This document shows, one piece after another, positions 51,808 through 64,000 of a stretch of DNA of 64,000 bases. The notes under the pieces were generated by a model. It did not search any database, was not told the origin of the DNA, and saw nothing but the letters and a program-made list of their open reading frames with translations. The number at the start of each line of letters is the position of its first letter. The first letter of the stretch is position 1. Source of the stretch: Raja brachyura (taxonomy: Eukaryota); contig OY740804.1 of assembly GCA_963514005.1 (NCBI GenBank), forward strand, positions 5,146,001 to 5,210,000. Direction: 5' to 3'. Position numbers and translations under genes: made by a program.

Positions 51808-54800
51808 CTGGAAATCCAAGGAAATATTATTACTTCCACACAGAATTATCAAAGGTCAAGGCTGGCAATTTGTTTTCATCATATTGCACACGGAATCATT
51901 CAGTGTGATCCAAGGTTGTGGCGTAGACATTGGTGAGATGTTTATATCGCAACATGCACCCATTCCTTGGAGGTGTTCCATGACTACATACATTAACAAC
52001 TTAGATGTTCATGTTGGTGGTCAGACATACAGCACGAAAACATGTCCTTTGACCCAATTTCCCCACGATGACCAAGACGCCGTTATCTACACTAGTCCCA
52101 TCTGCCGGCCTTAGATGTTATTGTTGGAAGTATGATTAACGAGTTTACAGATTACACCAAAATTGTATCATTTTGGATAGTACGATAATCATAGACCACA
52201 GAGGGATAAGAAGCAACTGGTATGTTGGGCAGAGCAATGCCAGCAGGCATTGAACCGTGATATGTGTGAAGTTATTTGTTTTTGGCATCAAATAAGGGTA
52301 GACGTTCACAATGGTAGGGCCACTGGGTGTACTAAGGACAGAGGGACTTTAGTCAGGGCCAAGGAGTATTTATCAATGGACTGGAATGTGATCAGCCACG
52401 CTTTCTCAAAGTACTGGGACTGATTTTACAGACAACAGGATACGTTTCCCCTCTACTCAAACTTTCACAACTGAGAAAGGTTGTAGATGGTCACAAAATG
52501 CTGGAGTAACTCAGCGGGTCAGGCAGCAGGAATGCTGCCCTCACCCGATGTAGCAAAGTCCACCTGGTCTGTACTCTTCCAGGACAGCACCAAGAGAGGA
52601 AGATCAGGCTGTGGAGATTGGAACGTAGATGATTTTGAACAATGTGTCTGCTGTTGTATAGTAAGTAACAATAACCCACTGCGATCGCCAGTAAACTCGC
52701 TGATTGTATTTATCCTTCTTGTTAATCATGGGCTGCTCGCTTCAGCCGTTGCCTGTGGTGAAGCTGTGCACGGCTGAGTTGGTCCTTTGAGTCTGTATGG
52801 AGTTTCTACGTTCTCCCCGTGACTGGGGTTTTCTCCGAGATCTTCGGTTTCCTCCCATAATCCAAAGAAGTGCATAAATGTCTTGGCTTGGTATAAATGT
52901 AAATTGTCCCTGGTATGTGTAGGATACTGTTAGTGTGCGGGGATCGCTGCTCCGTACGGACTCGGTGGGCCGAAGGGCCTGTTTCTGTGCTCTATCTCTA
53001 AACTAAACTAAACTAAACATGACGTATTGAACCAATACCAACAACAATCAGTAAATAATTATTAGATTGAGGATGACTGCAGAAATCTTACCTTGCTTTG
53101 TTGCTTGGTACCTCTGGTTTTGTTATCGTTCCTGAGGTGGGTTGTTAAAATAAACATATTATACCAATTCATATCAATTACAACACAACATAACCTAATC
53201 TCAAGGAACTACAGATGCTGCAAATTGCCCTTTAGTCTGTAAGGAGTAGATGCAAAAATGGGATAACATAAATCTAGTGTGAATGGATGATGGATGGTTG
53301 GCATGGACTAGATGGGCTGAAGAGCCTGTTTCCATGTTGCATCTTTCAATTCAATTAATATGTATATTAACAAGAGGTTCAGAATGTCTGTCTAAGAGTA
53401 ATAAACATATGTGAAATATTTAGTAATAAATTCCACAGGACAAGGTTTAGGGAAAGCTTTGAAGATATGAGGTTGGGGGAGATGAGAAGAATTAGAAGGC
53501 TGTGGAGGCCAAGTCAATGGATATTTTTAAGGCAGAGATTGATAGATTCTTCATTAGTACGTGAGTAAGGGGTTATGGGGAGAAGGCAGGAAACTGGGGT
53601 TGAGAGGGAAAGATAGATCAGCCATGATTGAATGGCGGAGTAGACTTGATGGGCCGAATGGCCTAATTCTGCTCCAACAACCTACCAGAATGGAGAGAGA
53701 TATGTGGAATATAATATCAGTAAAGACTGTTTGCATGCTGAATTTCTACATAAATGTTGAATCACAGTAATCTTATGTTGATTTATACCTTTAAACATCA
53801 CGGTTTTAACCTGTGAGATCTCAAAGTCGACTGGTGTCCTGGCCCCACACCAATATTCCCCCACATCTCCTTCATCAGTGTGCCTGATCGTGAAAGCAAA
53901 GTTGTTGAATTTGTTCCCACTGATTGATAATTTGCTGCTGTTGTAGTGTTGAGGCGTCACTATGATGCTGCAACTATTCACAGAGACGACTTTACACAAG
54001 AATTTCTCATATTCTTCAAATTGCACCTTGTATCGGCAATGTATAGTGGTGGCATTGCCCATTATGCCCTTGACTGTGGTACGGTTTAGTATCCGTGAAT
54101 CTGCTGTAATGGAAACAAAATGAGGGTATGAGAGATCAGAGATGCTGACTGTTGACTTTATTAGGCCAAGAGCCAAGGATGCACAAACCTTAGTTTAGAG
54201 ATACAGCCCACCGAGTCTGCACCGACCAGCGATCCCCGCACATTAACACTTTCCTACACACACTAGGGATGAGTTATAATTTTACTGAAGCCAATTAACC
54301 TACAAACCTTGGAGTGTGGGAGGAAACCGGAGCACCCGGGGAAAACCCACGAAGGTCATGGCGAGAACGTACAAACTCCGTACAGACAGCACCCGTGGCC
54401 AGGATCGAACCCGGGTCACTGGGGCTGGAAGGCGGAACTCTTCCGCTGTGCCACGGGGTGGCACCCTCATTAATGGGATGCTGAAGATGGAGAGATAACG
54501 AGGTGAAATCAAACGTAGACTCGGCGACCGTTTTGCCGAACACTTGTGCTCGGTCCGCCAAGGCCTACAGGATCTCCCACTTGTCAACCATTTCAACTCC
54601 CCTTCCCATTCCCACATTGATCTTTCTGTCCTGGGCCTCCTCCATTATCAGAGAGAGGCCCTGGGCAAATTGGAGGAACAGCACTTCATATTTTGCTTGG
54701 TTCGCTTACAACCCAGCGGTATGAATGTTGAATTCCCTAATTTTAAGTAACTTCCACTAACACTCCACTCTCCTCCCCACCTTGCCCCCTTCCACCCTAG

Positions 54801-57509
54801 TTCCACCAGCTCTTCCCCATCTCCAAACTTACAGTCTGAGGAATTGCCCTGACCCGCAGCGGCTGGCCTTGTTTGTATACTCTAGAATTTAGAAGGAGAT
54901 CTTATTGAAACATATAAGATTATTAAGGGTTTGGACACGCTAGAGGCAGGAAACTTGTTCACAATGTTTGTGGAATCCAGAACCAGGGGCCACAGTTTAA
55001 GAATAAGGGGAAAGCCATTTAGAATGGAGATGAGGAAACACTTTTTGTTGTGAGTCTGTGAAATTCTCTGCCTCAGAGGGCGGTGGAGGCCGGTTCTCTG
55101 GATACTTTCAAGAAAGAGCTCGGTAGGGCTCTTAAAGATAGCAGAGTCGGGGGATATGGGGAGAAGGCAGGAACGAGGTACTGATTGGGGATGATCAGCC
55201 ATGATCACATTGATCACACTGGCTCGAAGGGCTGAATGGCCTACCCCTGCACCTATTGTCTATTGTCTATTGACCGAAAATGTCACCTATTCCATTTCTC
55301 CTGGGTGCTGCCTATCCCCCTGAATTACTCCGGCATTTTGTATCTATCTTCGGTGTAAACAAGCACCCTCCTACACACCTTTGTAAGTTAAACTTGCTTA
55401 ACAATCGGTAGACATAAGGAACTGCAGATGCTGGAATCTGTGTAGAAAGTGCTGCAGTAACTCAGCGGGACGGGCAGCACCTCTCCATAACAATCAGTAT
55501 GCTCATTATGGCACAGTAGTCCAAGTGTATATTATCAGTGAAGCATATTATCAGTCTTAAAATCTTCAGAAAATCTCTTACCTGTGAAAACATCCAACAT
55601 GACAATATCTGAAACATTGATTTTCTTTGCCTGAAGTGTTCCACACCAGTATGTTCCTGCATCATTCTTCTGAAGTTGACTTGTTACAAAAACAGACCCA
55701 TTGAGTCTTCTCATTGATATCCTTCCACTACGGTCCTCTTCTTTCTCAGTGTTGACTATTACTTGACACCCCACTCGAGAATAGGCTTTGCACCAGCTGA
55801 CATGTCCTGTTTTCTGAGCGTTTGGACATTCTATAGTCACTGTTTCTCCCTCGCCAGCTCTTATCACCATCAAGTGAAGCTGTGCTATGGAACCTGTTGG
55901 GTGAAATTTAATGCTGTAAATTTTACAGAATCACATCAAAATATTCCCATAACCACCCCCCCCCCACCCCCCCCCCGGACATAATCTCAGGTTCATAAAT
56001 TATAGGAGAACATTTAATCCATTCAGTTCATCGTCTGCCCCATAATGGCTGATCTATCTCTCCCTCTCAACCCAATTCTCCTGCCTTCTTCCCAAAACAC
56101 CTAACACCCTTTTAACTGACCAAGAATTGGAGAATCTATGCCTTAAAAATACCCAATGACTTGACCTCCACAGCCATCTGTGGCAATGGATTCCACTGAT
56201 TCACCACCCTCTGACTAAATAAATTAATCCGCAACTCCTTTGTACAGGTATGTTCTTTGTAACAGGTACAGGTACAGGTCAGTAGCGAAGCGGTAGAGAT
56301 GCTGCCTTACAGCGCCAGAGACCCGGGTATGTGTTCAGTCTGTATGGTGTTTGTACGTTCTCCCTGTGACCTGCATAGTTTTTCTCCGGGTGCTCCAGTT
56401 TCCTCCCACACTCCAAAGACGTGCAGGTTTGTAGGTTAATTGGCTTAGGTAAAAATCTTTCCTCGTGTGTAAGATAGAACTAATGTGCGGATATCGCTGG
56501 TGGTTCGAAGCGCCTGTTTCCACGCTGTATCTCCAAACTAAACTAAACGTCCTGTTATTCTGAGGCTGTGCACTCTGGTCCTAGACTCTCCCACCAGTGG
56601 AAACATCCTCTCCACATCCACTCTATCCAGGCCTTTCACTATTCGGTAGGTTTCAATGCCCCCCTCATCCTAAAATGGGAGGTGGGAGGAAACTCGAGCA
56701 TCCGGAAGAAACCCATATGGTGACGGGGAGAAACTCCACAAAGACAGCATCCGAGGAAAGATTACCGTAAAAATCTTCTGTGCTGCATCTTAACTGAAAA
56801 TCATAGAACAGTACAGCACAGGAACAGGCCATTTGGCCCACAATCGCCATGCTGAACATGATGCCATGACCAACCCCTATCTGCCTGCTCATCATCCATA
56901 TCTTTCCATTCCCTGCATTTCCATCTGCCCCTGCAGACTGATTGTGGTGGGGTATTCTCCACACCCCTCTTGCCCCAACGCAATCAGTCTGAAGAAGGGT
57001 CCTGGCCCAAGTTATCACCTATCCATGTTCTCTAGAGATGCTGCCTGACCCGCTGAGTTACTCCAGCACTTTGTGTCTTTTTTCTCTTACATGCATGTGC
57101 CAGTCCGAAAGTCTCTTAAATCCTCTGCTAAATCCCATGCACTTGTCACAGTTTGTTTTAACTCTTGCTGAAATGTAAAGTTAATTGGTTCCTTTCTAGG
57201 CTCCTGGTCCTTTGGCTGAACAGCAGTGTATCATCACTTATTTAAATAACAAGAGCTAATCTTCGGGTTAACATATAACTGCGCTATGGTTCCATGACCA
57301 TAAGTTAATGGGGCAGAATTAGGCTGTTCGGCCCATCATGTCTTCTCCGCCATTCAATCATGGCTGATCTATCTCTCCCTCCTAACCCCATTCTCCTGCC
57401 TTCTCCCCATAACTCCAGGCACCCGTACTAATCATGAATCTGTCCATCTTAGCTTTAAGTGGAAAAACTTACTTGAAGTCACAGTGAGAAACAGCAGAAT
57501 GTAAAACAT
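51700..57509 (-). CDS. Gene B: two-Ig-V-domain CD300/pIgR-like putative activating receptor; exons 57473-57509, 55582-55893, 53789-54103, 53092-53131, 51700-51807, terminal exon unresolved
   Basis: Exons 1-4 duplicate gene A with intact splice sites. The phase-2 stalk exon joins in frame to a distinct TM exon. Confidence 0.82.
53789..54103 (-). CDS. Gene B Ig V domain 2
   Basis: Same exon structure as 25630-25944; 4 amino-acid differences. Confidence 0.92.
55582..55893 (-). CDS. Gene B Ig V domain 1
   Basis: Same exon structure as 27423-27734; 6 amino-acid differences. Confidence 0.92.
57473..57509 (-). CDS. Gene B signal-peptide exon
   Basis: Identical to the gene A leader MFYILLFLTVTS with a GTAAGT donor. 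Confidence 0.85.
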
Positions 57510-57713
57510 CGTGGTTCCAGTGAGTGAGAGGTCCTTGTTTGCCGATGAAGCGGTCTCCAATTCGTGCTGTTCACGACTTACTCTTGTTTGATTTAACTCT
57601 TGTTCGAATGAACAAATGCTTTGCAATGTGACATAGAGTAAGGAACATTGACCCATATCCTGTTTTGCAACCTGTTGCATGCACATTGTCAACGGTTCCA
57701 CTTTGGGGGATTA

Positions 57714-58081
57714 GAAACATAGAAACATAGAAATTAGGTGCAGGAGTAGGCCATTCGGCCCTTCGAGCCTGCACCGCCATTCAATGTGATCATGGCTGAT
57801 CATCCAACTCAGTATCCCGTACCTGCCTTCTCTCCATACCCCCTGATCCCTTTAGCCACAAGTGCCACATCTAACGCCCTCTTAAATATAGCCAATGAAC
57901 TGGCCTCAACTACCTTCTGTGGCAGAGAATTCCAGAGACTCACCACTCTCTGTGTAAAGAATGTTTTCCTCATTTCGGTCCTAAAGGAATTCCCCCTTAT
58001 CCTTAGACTGTGACCCCTTGTTCTGGACTCCCCCAACATCGGGAACAATCTTCCAGCATCTAGCTTGTCCAACCCCTTAAC
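57714..58081 (-). mobile_element. CR1 3' fragment present only in the gene B upstream region
   Basis: Empty site in copy A reads GGGATTA|ACTGTGGTT (~29563); (TAGAAACA)n tail and CR1 C-terminal ORF 57809-58171. Confidence 0.9.
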
Positions 58082-61000
58082 ACTGTGGTTGGCAGAGGTT
58101 TGAGGAGAAGACAAGCTGAACTGAAGCAGGTTTCCAGTGAGGGTATCCACACTTACGTGGTCATATCCCAATCCTGTCCTCCTTAAAGATCAGTGTTGGG
58201 AGATGCACTTTTTAAAATTAATACTTTGTAATCCAATGTAGAATAAGGAACATTGACAAACATCCTGTTTCACAACTTGCTGAACTTACAGTGCCAGAGA
58301 CCTGGGTTCAATTGTGACTATGGGTGCTGTCTGTACGGGGTTTGTACGTTCTCCCCATGACCGCGTGATTTTCTCCCAGCGTGTTCCGGTTTCCTCGCAC
58401 TATCCAAAGACGTGTGGATTTGTAGGTTATCTGGCTTCACTAAGTTGTAGATTGTCCCTCGTGTGTCGGATGGTCCTAGCGTACGGGGTTGTCTACAGAG
58501 ATGCTGTCTGACCCGCTGGGTTACTCTGGCTTTTTGTGTCTACCTTCCGTTTAAACCGGCATCGGCAGTTCCTTTCTAAACAGTTGAAATTATTCCTTCA
58601 TGGCTGCGAAGAGTGCTGAGAAGATTTATCAGGATTTTGCCAGGACTCGAAGATCTGAGCTACAAGGAGGATGTGTCTCACCCTGGCCACTCCCTCTTCT
58701 CCCCTCTCTCATCAGGCAAGAGGTACAGAAGTTTGAAAACGCACACCTGCAGATTCACGGAGTTTCTTCCTTCCTTCATGCTATCATGAAACGGAACCTT
58801 CTTATTACTAACTAGAGACTGATCCTGACCTACCATCCACCTCATTGGAGACCCTTGCACCATCTTTAATTGGACTTTACTGGACTTTATCTTGCACGGA
58901 ACCTACAGTATTTCCCTTTATCCTGTATCTGTACACTGTGGATGGCTTGGTTGTAATCACGTATAGTCCTTTTGCTGACTGGATAGCATGCAAGAAAAAA
59001 GTTTTCCGTTGTGCCTTGGACCATGTGATAAACTAAATGATAAACTAAACTAAATTTGGATAATCTAGGACTTTATTCCTTGGAGCACAGGAGGCTGAGG
59101 GGTGATCTTATAGAGGTTTATACAATCATGAGGAGGAATTGATAGGGTGAGTTCACAGAGCCTTTTACCCAGAGTAAAAGGGGAATCAAAATCCAGACAA
59201 GTTTAAATTGAGGGGGGAGGGATTTAATAGGAACCTGAGGGGCAAGCATTTCACTCAGAATGTGGTGGGTGTATGGAACGAGCTGTCAAAGGAGGTAGCT
59301 AAGGCGCCTACTATAACAACATTTAAAATGCAATTGGACAGGTACATGGATAAGAATGATTTAGAGGGATATGGATCAAATGCTGCCAAATGGGACTAAA
59401 TAGGTGGGGCATTTTGGTCAGCATGGATGGGTGAAGGGTCTATTTCCGTGCGATATAATTATGCGTCTATGATTCTAATTCATTACCATGATAACCTCTC
59501 TGATGCTGCGGAGACATGCTGCCTCGATGGTCAAATCCTACGACTAGGAAGATGAAAGTCAATGTGATCTTGACCTCCATGGATGGAGTAGACCAGGTAT
59601 GAAGGTCTTCTTGTATCTCAATGTAGACAGACTTGGAATATCATAAGGTATCATAATATCTAGGGGCGCAGCGGTAGAGTTGCTGCCTCACAGCACCAGA
59701 GACCTGGGTTCGATCCTAACTACAGGTGCCTGTCTGTATGAAGTTTGTACATCCTCCCCATAACCTGTGTGGGTTTTCTTCAGGATCTCCAGTTTCCTCC
59801 CACACTCCAAAGACGTGCAGGATTGTAGACTAATGGACTTGGTATAATTGTAAATTGTCCCTGATGTGTAGGATGGTGTTAGTGTGCAGGGATCGCTGGT
59901 CGCCGCAGACTTGGTAGGCCTAAGCGGTTGGTTCAATAGCCAATAGACAATAGACAATAGATACAGGAGTAGGCCATTCGGCCTTTTGAGCCAGCACCGC
60001 CATTCAATGTGATCATGGCTGACCATCCCCAATCAGTACCCCGTTCCTGCCTTCTCCCCATATCCCCTGACTCCGCCATCGTTAAGAGCCCTATCTCGCT
60101 CTCTCTTGAAAGTATCCAGAGATCCGGCCTCCACCGCCACTGTTCCTCTAAACTAAACCAAACTTAGAAATGCCAGTGTCAGCTGAGTGGCCTTTCAGTA
60201 ATAAGGAGAGTACTGTGCCTTGAATTTCAATGGGACAGTTCTGGTTTGCAGTTTTGAGCAATTTGGTATTGGTATGAGTAAAAATTGTGGTTGTGCAATG
60301 AATGCAATCATTTACTGCATGTCAGCGGTGCTGGGAAAGTGTCAAGCATAGTGTGCCCAGGAACGAGAGCTCCAATTGCAGAACTTTACATTGCGAAATT
60401 GTAAGCATGATTGACTCAGGGTAAGAGAGTCAAAGGTTATGGGAACCACTCGAGCATGTGAAAACGAGGAATTATAGACCAGTTAGTCTTACATTGGTAG
60501 TGGGGAAGATGCTGAAATCGATTATTAAGGATGTTATAGCAGCGCATTTGGAACGCAATGACAGGATCGGCCAAAGTCAGCATGGATTTATGAAGGGGAA
60601 ATCTGGACTTTCAAAATGCCTTTGACAAAGTCCCACACAAGAGATTAGTGTGCAAAATTAGAGCACATGGTATTGGGGGTAGGGCATTGAAATGGATAGA
60701 GAACTGTTGGCAGACAGGAAGCAAAGAGTAGGAATTAACGGGTCCTTTTCAGAATGGCAGGCAGTGACTGGTGGGATGCCACAAGGTTCGGTGCTGGGAC
60801 CCCGTTATTTACAATATATTATCGATTTAGACGAGGGAATTAAATGTAACATTACTAAGTTTGCAATTGACACAAAATTTGCTGGGTGGCAGTGTGATAT
60901 GCAAGGAAGATGCTAAGAGGCTGCAGGGTGACTTGGACTGGTTGGGTGAGTGGGCAGAAGCATGGCAGATGCAGTAAAATGTGGATAAATGTGAGGTTAT

Positions 61001-63732
61001 GCACTTTGGTGGCAACAGGAAGGCAGATTATTATCTGAATGGTGACAGATTAGGAGAAGGGGAGGAGCATCAAGACCTGGGTGTGCTTGTACATCAGTCA
61101 CTGAAAGTAAGCATGCTGGTACAACAGACAGTGAAGAAAGCCAATGGCATGGTGGCCTTTATTGTGAGAGGATTTGAGTTTAGGAGCAAGGAGGTCCTAC
61201 TGCAGTTGTACAAGGCCCTGGTGTGACCACACCTGGAGTATTACGTGCAATTTTGGTCTCCTAATTTGAGGAAGGACATTATTGCTATTGAGGCAGTGCA
61301 GCGTACATTCATCAGGTTAATTTCCAGGATGACGGGACTGACATATGATGATAGAATGTGTCGACTGGGCTTTTATTCATTGGAATTTAGAAGGTTGAGA
61401 GGGTATCTTATAGAAACATATAAAATGGAGCGCAGAAGGTTAAGGGGGGACTTGATAGAGGTCTTTAAAATGATGAGAGGGATAGACAGAGTTAATGTGG
61501 ACAAGCTTTTCCCTTTGAGAATAGGGAAGATTCAAACAAGAGGACATGACTTTAGAATTAAGGGACAGAGGTTTAGGGGTAACATGAGGGGGAACTTCTT
61601 TACTCAGAGAGTGGTAGCGGTGTGGAATGAGCTTCCAGTGGAAGTGGTGGCGGCAGGTTCGTTGGTATCATTTAAAAATAAATTGGATAGGCATATGGAT
61701 GAGAAGGGTATGGAGGGTTATGGTATGAGTGCAGGCAGGTGGGACTAGGGGAAAAAAGTTGTTCGGCACGGACTTGAAGGGCCGAGATGGCCTGTTTCCG
61801 TCCTGTAATTGTTATATGGTTATATGGTTATTCTTAGAGGATTGGACAGGTTAGATGCAGGAAAAATGTTCTCGATGTTGGGTGAGTCCAGAACCAAGGG
61901 ACATAGTTTAAAAATAAGTGGTAGGCCATTTAGGACTGAGATGAGGGAAAACCTTTTCACCCAGAGAGTTGTGAATCTGTAGAAGGCAGTGGAGGCCAAT
62001 TCATGAAACTTAGTTTAGAAATACAAAATGTAAACAGGCCCTTTGGCCCAACGAGTCTACACTGACCGTTGATCAACCGTTCATATTAGTTCTCCCGGAG
62101 ACGCACTTTTCACCCGGAGAGTTGTGAATCTGTGGAATTCTCTGCCATCGAAGGCAGCGAACGCCAATTCACTGGATGTATTCAAGAGAGAGTTAGATTT
62201 AGCTCTTAGGGTTAAGGAATCAGGGGATATGGGGAAATAGCTGGAACGGGGTACTGATGTCACTGAACCTTAATTGGTGCATGTGACAATAAATGTGAAC
62301 TTGAACTTGATTGTGGATGATCAGCCTTGATCATATTGAATGGCTCAAAGAGCCGAATGGCCTCATCCTGCACCTATTGTCTATGTTTCGATGTTTGGAG
62401 TGGCAGCTGCGGCTCGCCTGCAGTCCGTCTGTTTTTTCTTTTTTTGTTGTTGTCTTGTCCTGTTTTAGCATGTTAATTTGAGTTATTATGTTGTGTATGT
62501 GTGTGGGAGGGGTGGGAGAAACGTTTTTAGTCTCTTCCTTCGGGGGGACGCGACTTTTCTTGTCGTATCCCCCGTCTCCGTCTCCGTCTGCGCTGAGGCC
62601 TAATGGCGGAGCTGGTAGCTTCCAACTGCGACCGACCTCGAGGCTCCGGAGGCTGAGCCAGCCAGGACTTACCAGCTCGAAGCTGGCCGACTTCGGGGCC
62701 GCGGCGGGTTCAGGCATTCCGGCGTTCCGGCGGCCCGACTCGGAGCTGTGGCAGCTTTCCGTTGCCGGCGGCAGCAACTTCGGAGGCCCGGCCGCGGGCC
62801 CAGTGGACGACATCATCGGGAGCTCACAGGTCACAGGTTGGTGACCTGTTTTTCCGGTCCACCCGTGGCAACAGCTGAGTGGGCTGGACTGGAGGGCGGC
62901 AGCTTCGGCAGCTTCAACCGCCCCAGGCCGCGGAGTTGAACCGGCCCGTTCGCAGAGCACGGTTCAGCCACGGGACTTACTTACATCACCCGGTGGGGTC
63001 ACAACATCGGAGGCCTGGGTCGCCTCAGCGCAGAGGAAGAACAAGAAGGGAAGAGACAAAGATTTTGCCTTCCATCACAGTGAGGAGGTGTCTGGTGAAC
63101 TCACTGTGCTGCATGTTAAATTTGTGTTTATTGTGTGTTTTGTTATTTTATTACATGTATGACTGCAAGGCAACGAAATTTCGTTCAGACCGAAAGGTCT
63201 GAATGACAATAAAGTTTCCACGATTCCATGATATACTGGTCAGTACATGTATCCCTATACCTAAGCACTTGGATACATCTTAGATAAGCATCTCAGATAC
63301 AGTGCAAGTGTATATATAGCACTGGTACACAGAGACAGTGTGCAGAGTTAGCTCCCATACATGCCTGGAAAACCATGGAAAACCATGAAAACATGCAAAC
63401 ATGAAAAACGATGAAATGCAACAAAATGTGTCTGTTCTCCTTCTGTTAGACGGACAAGAGCAATGAGAATTGCCAGCGGAAATGAGTTTTGCTTAAATAT
63501 TTAAAGTTGTTTGGATGGTGAGTAATCAATAATTGCATTCAATCAACCCCCCCCCCCCCACTCCTCACTCGCACATTTTGTGCCCCCCACTCCCCACGTC
63601 TCTTCCAGTTTAATAACCAGAGGCTTTTTCACGGGGTAGCACGGTGGCGCAGCGGTAGAGTTGCTGCATGAAGGACGTTGCAATTGTAACAACTTCTCTT
63701 TCCACATGCGTTGTGAAGCTCGATTGAATACC

Positions 63733-64000
63733 GATGGTGGCGTCAATGGTGGGCTGAGAGACGTTGTTGTTTCGCTCTGCTCCCAAAGACTGTTTTAATG
63801 AGCTAAAATATGAAGACGGAAGAGTTATAAAAATAACTACCGGAGCTGTTATTTAATTGTGTGTTATCAGAAGTCCTGCTGATAACAGAGAATAACGGCA
63901 GTTTTAAATGAAAAAGACTAAAACCCGCCAGAAGCCTTCGAAAGCTGCTACAAGATCTGCACAAACTTATCTGAAAAAATCTGGAAAGACTCCTCAATCC
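63733..64000 (+). mobile_element. 5' end of the duplicated L1 (ORF1 ATG at 63908), truncated by the window
   Basis: Matches 35440-35707. Confidence 0.92.

Larger units (their letters stand above)
53010..64000 (+). repeat. Segmental duplication unit 2 (runs off the window end)
   Basis: Colinear near-identity with 24850-35707. Confidence 0.97.

Noticed and set aside
52563-52650. Phase-2-compatible open segment between the gene B stalk and TM exons
   Set aside because: Weak donor (GTGGAC) and no stalk-like composition or homology.
1-64000. CRISPR array or prokaryotic defence system (RT, recombinase and methylase ORFs together)
   Set aside because: There is no spaced direct-repeat array, and the RT-RNaseH-MT-YR combination is the standard DIRS architecture in an intron-containing vertebrate locus.

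Overview
Repeat-dense eukaryotic DNA, most likely from a cartilaginous fish (skate or ray). This is inferred from HE1-type V-SINEs, CR1/HER1-like LINE ends and Penelope remnants. The host content is two tandem minus-strand genes for CD300/pIgR/TREM-like (skate MDIR-like) receptors, each with two Ig V domains; the ORF track shows them only as fragments. Gene A (29360->14540, 7 exons, ~345 aa) has an uncharged TM segment and an ITIM-bearing tail, so it looks inhibitory. Gene B (57509->51700 and onward) has a ~98% identical leader, Ig1, Ig2 and stalk. These splice in phase onto an unrelated TM exon with an intramembrane Arg (VWGVLRWVLFGVLLLFPLSI), and no ITIM tail was found, so it looks activating. 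Together they resemble a paired activating/inhibitory receptor locus made by a >=11 kb duplication or conversion, with almost purely non-synonymous Ig differences. The rest is transposable elements: three DIRS tyrosine-recombinase retrotransposons (two full length with ITR/ICR), a near full-length L1 with a nested Rex1-type fragment, a Tc1, CR1 fragments, MITEs (7-bp-TSD, hAT, Harbinger), SINEs, and Penelope termini carrying hammerhead-ribozyme motifs. All coordinates and alignments were read by eye; no database search was run.
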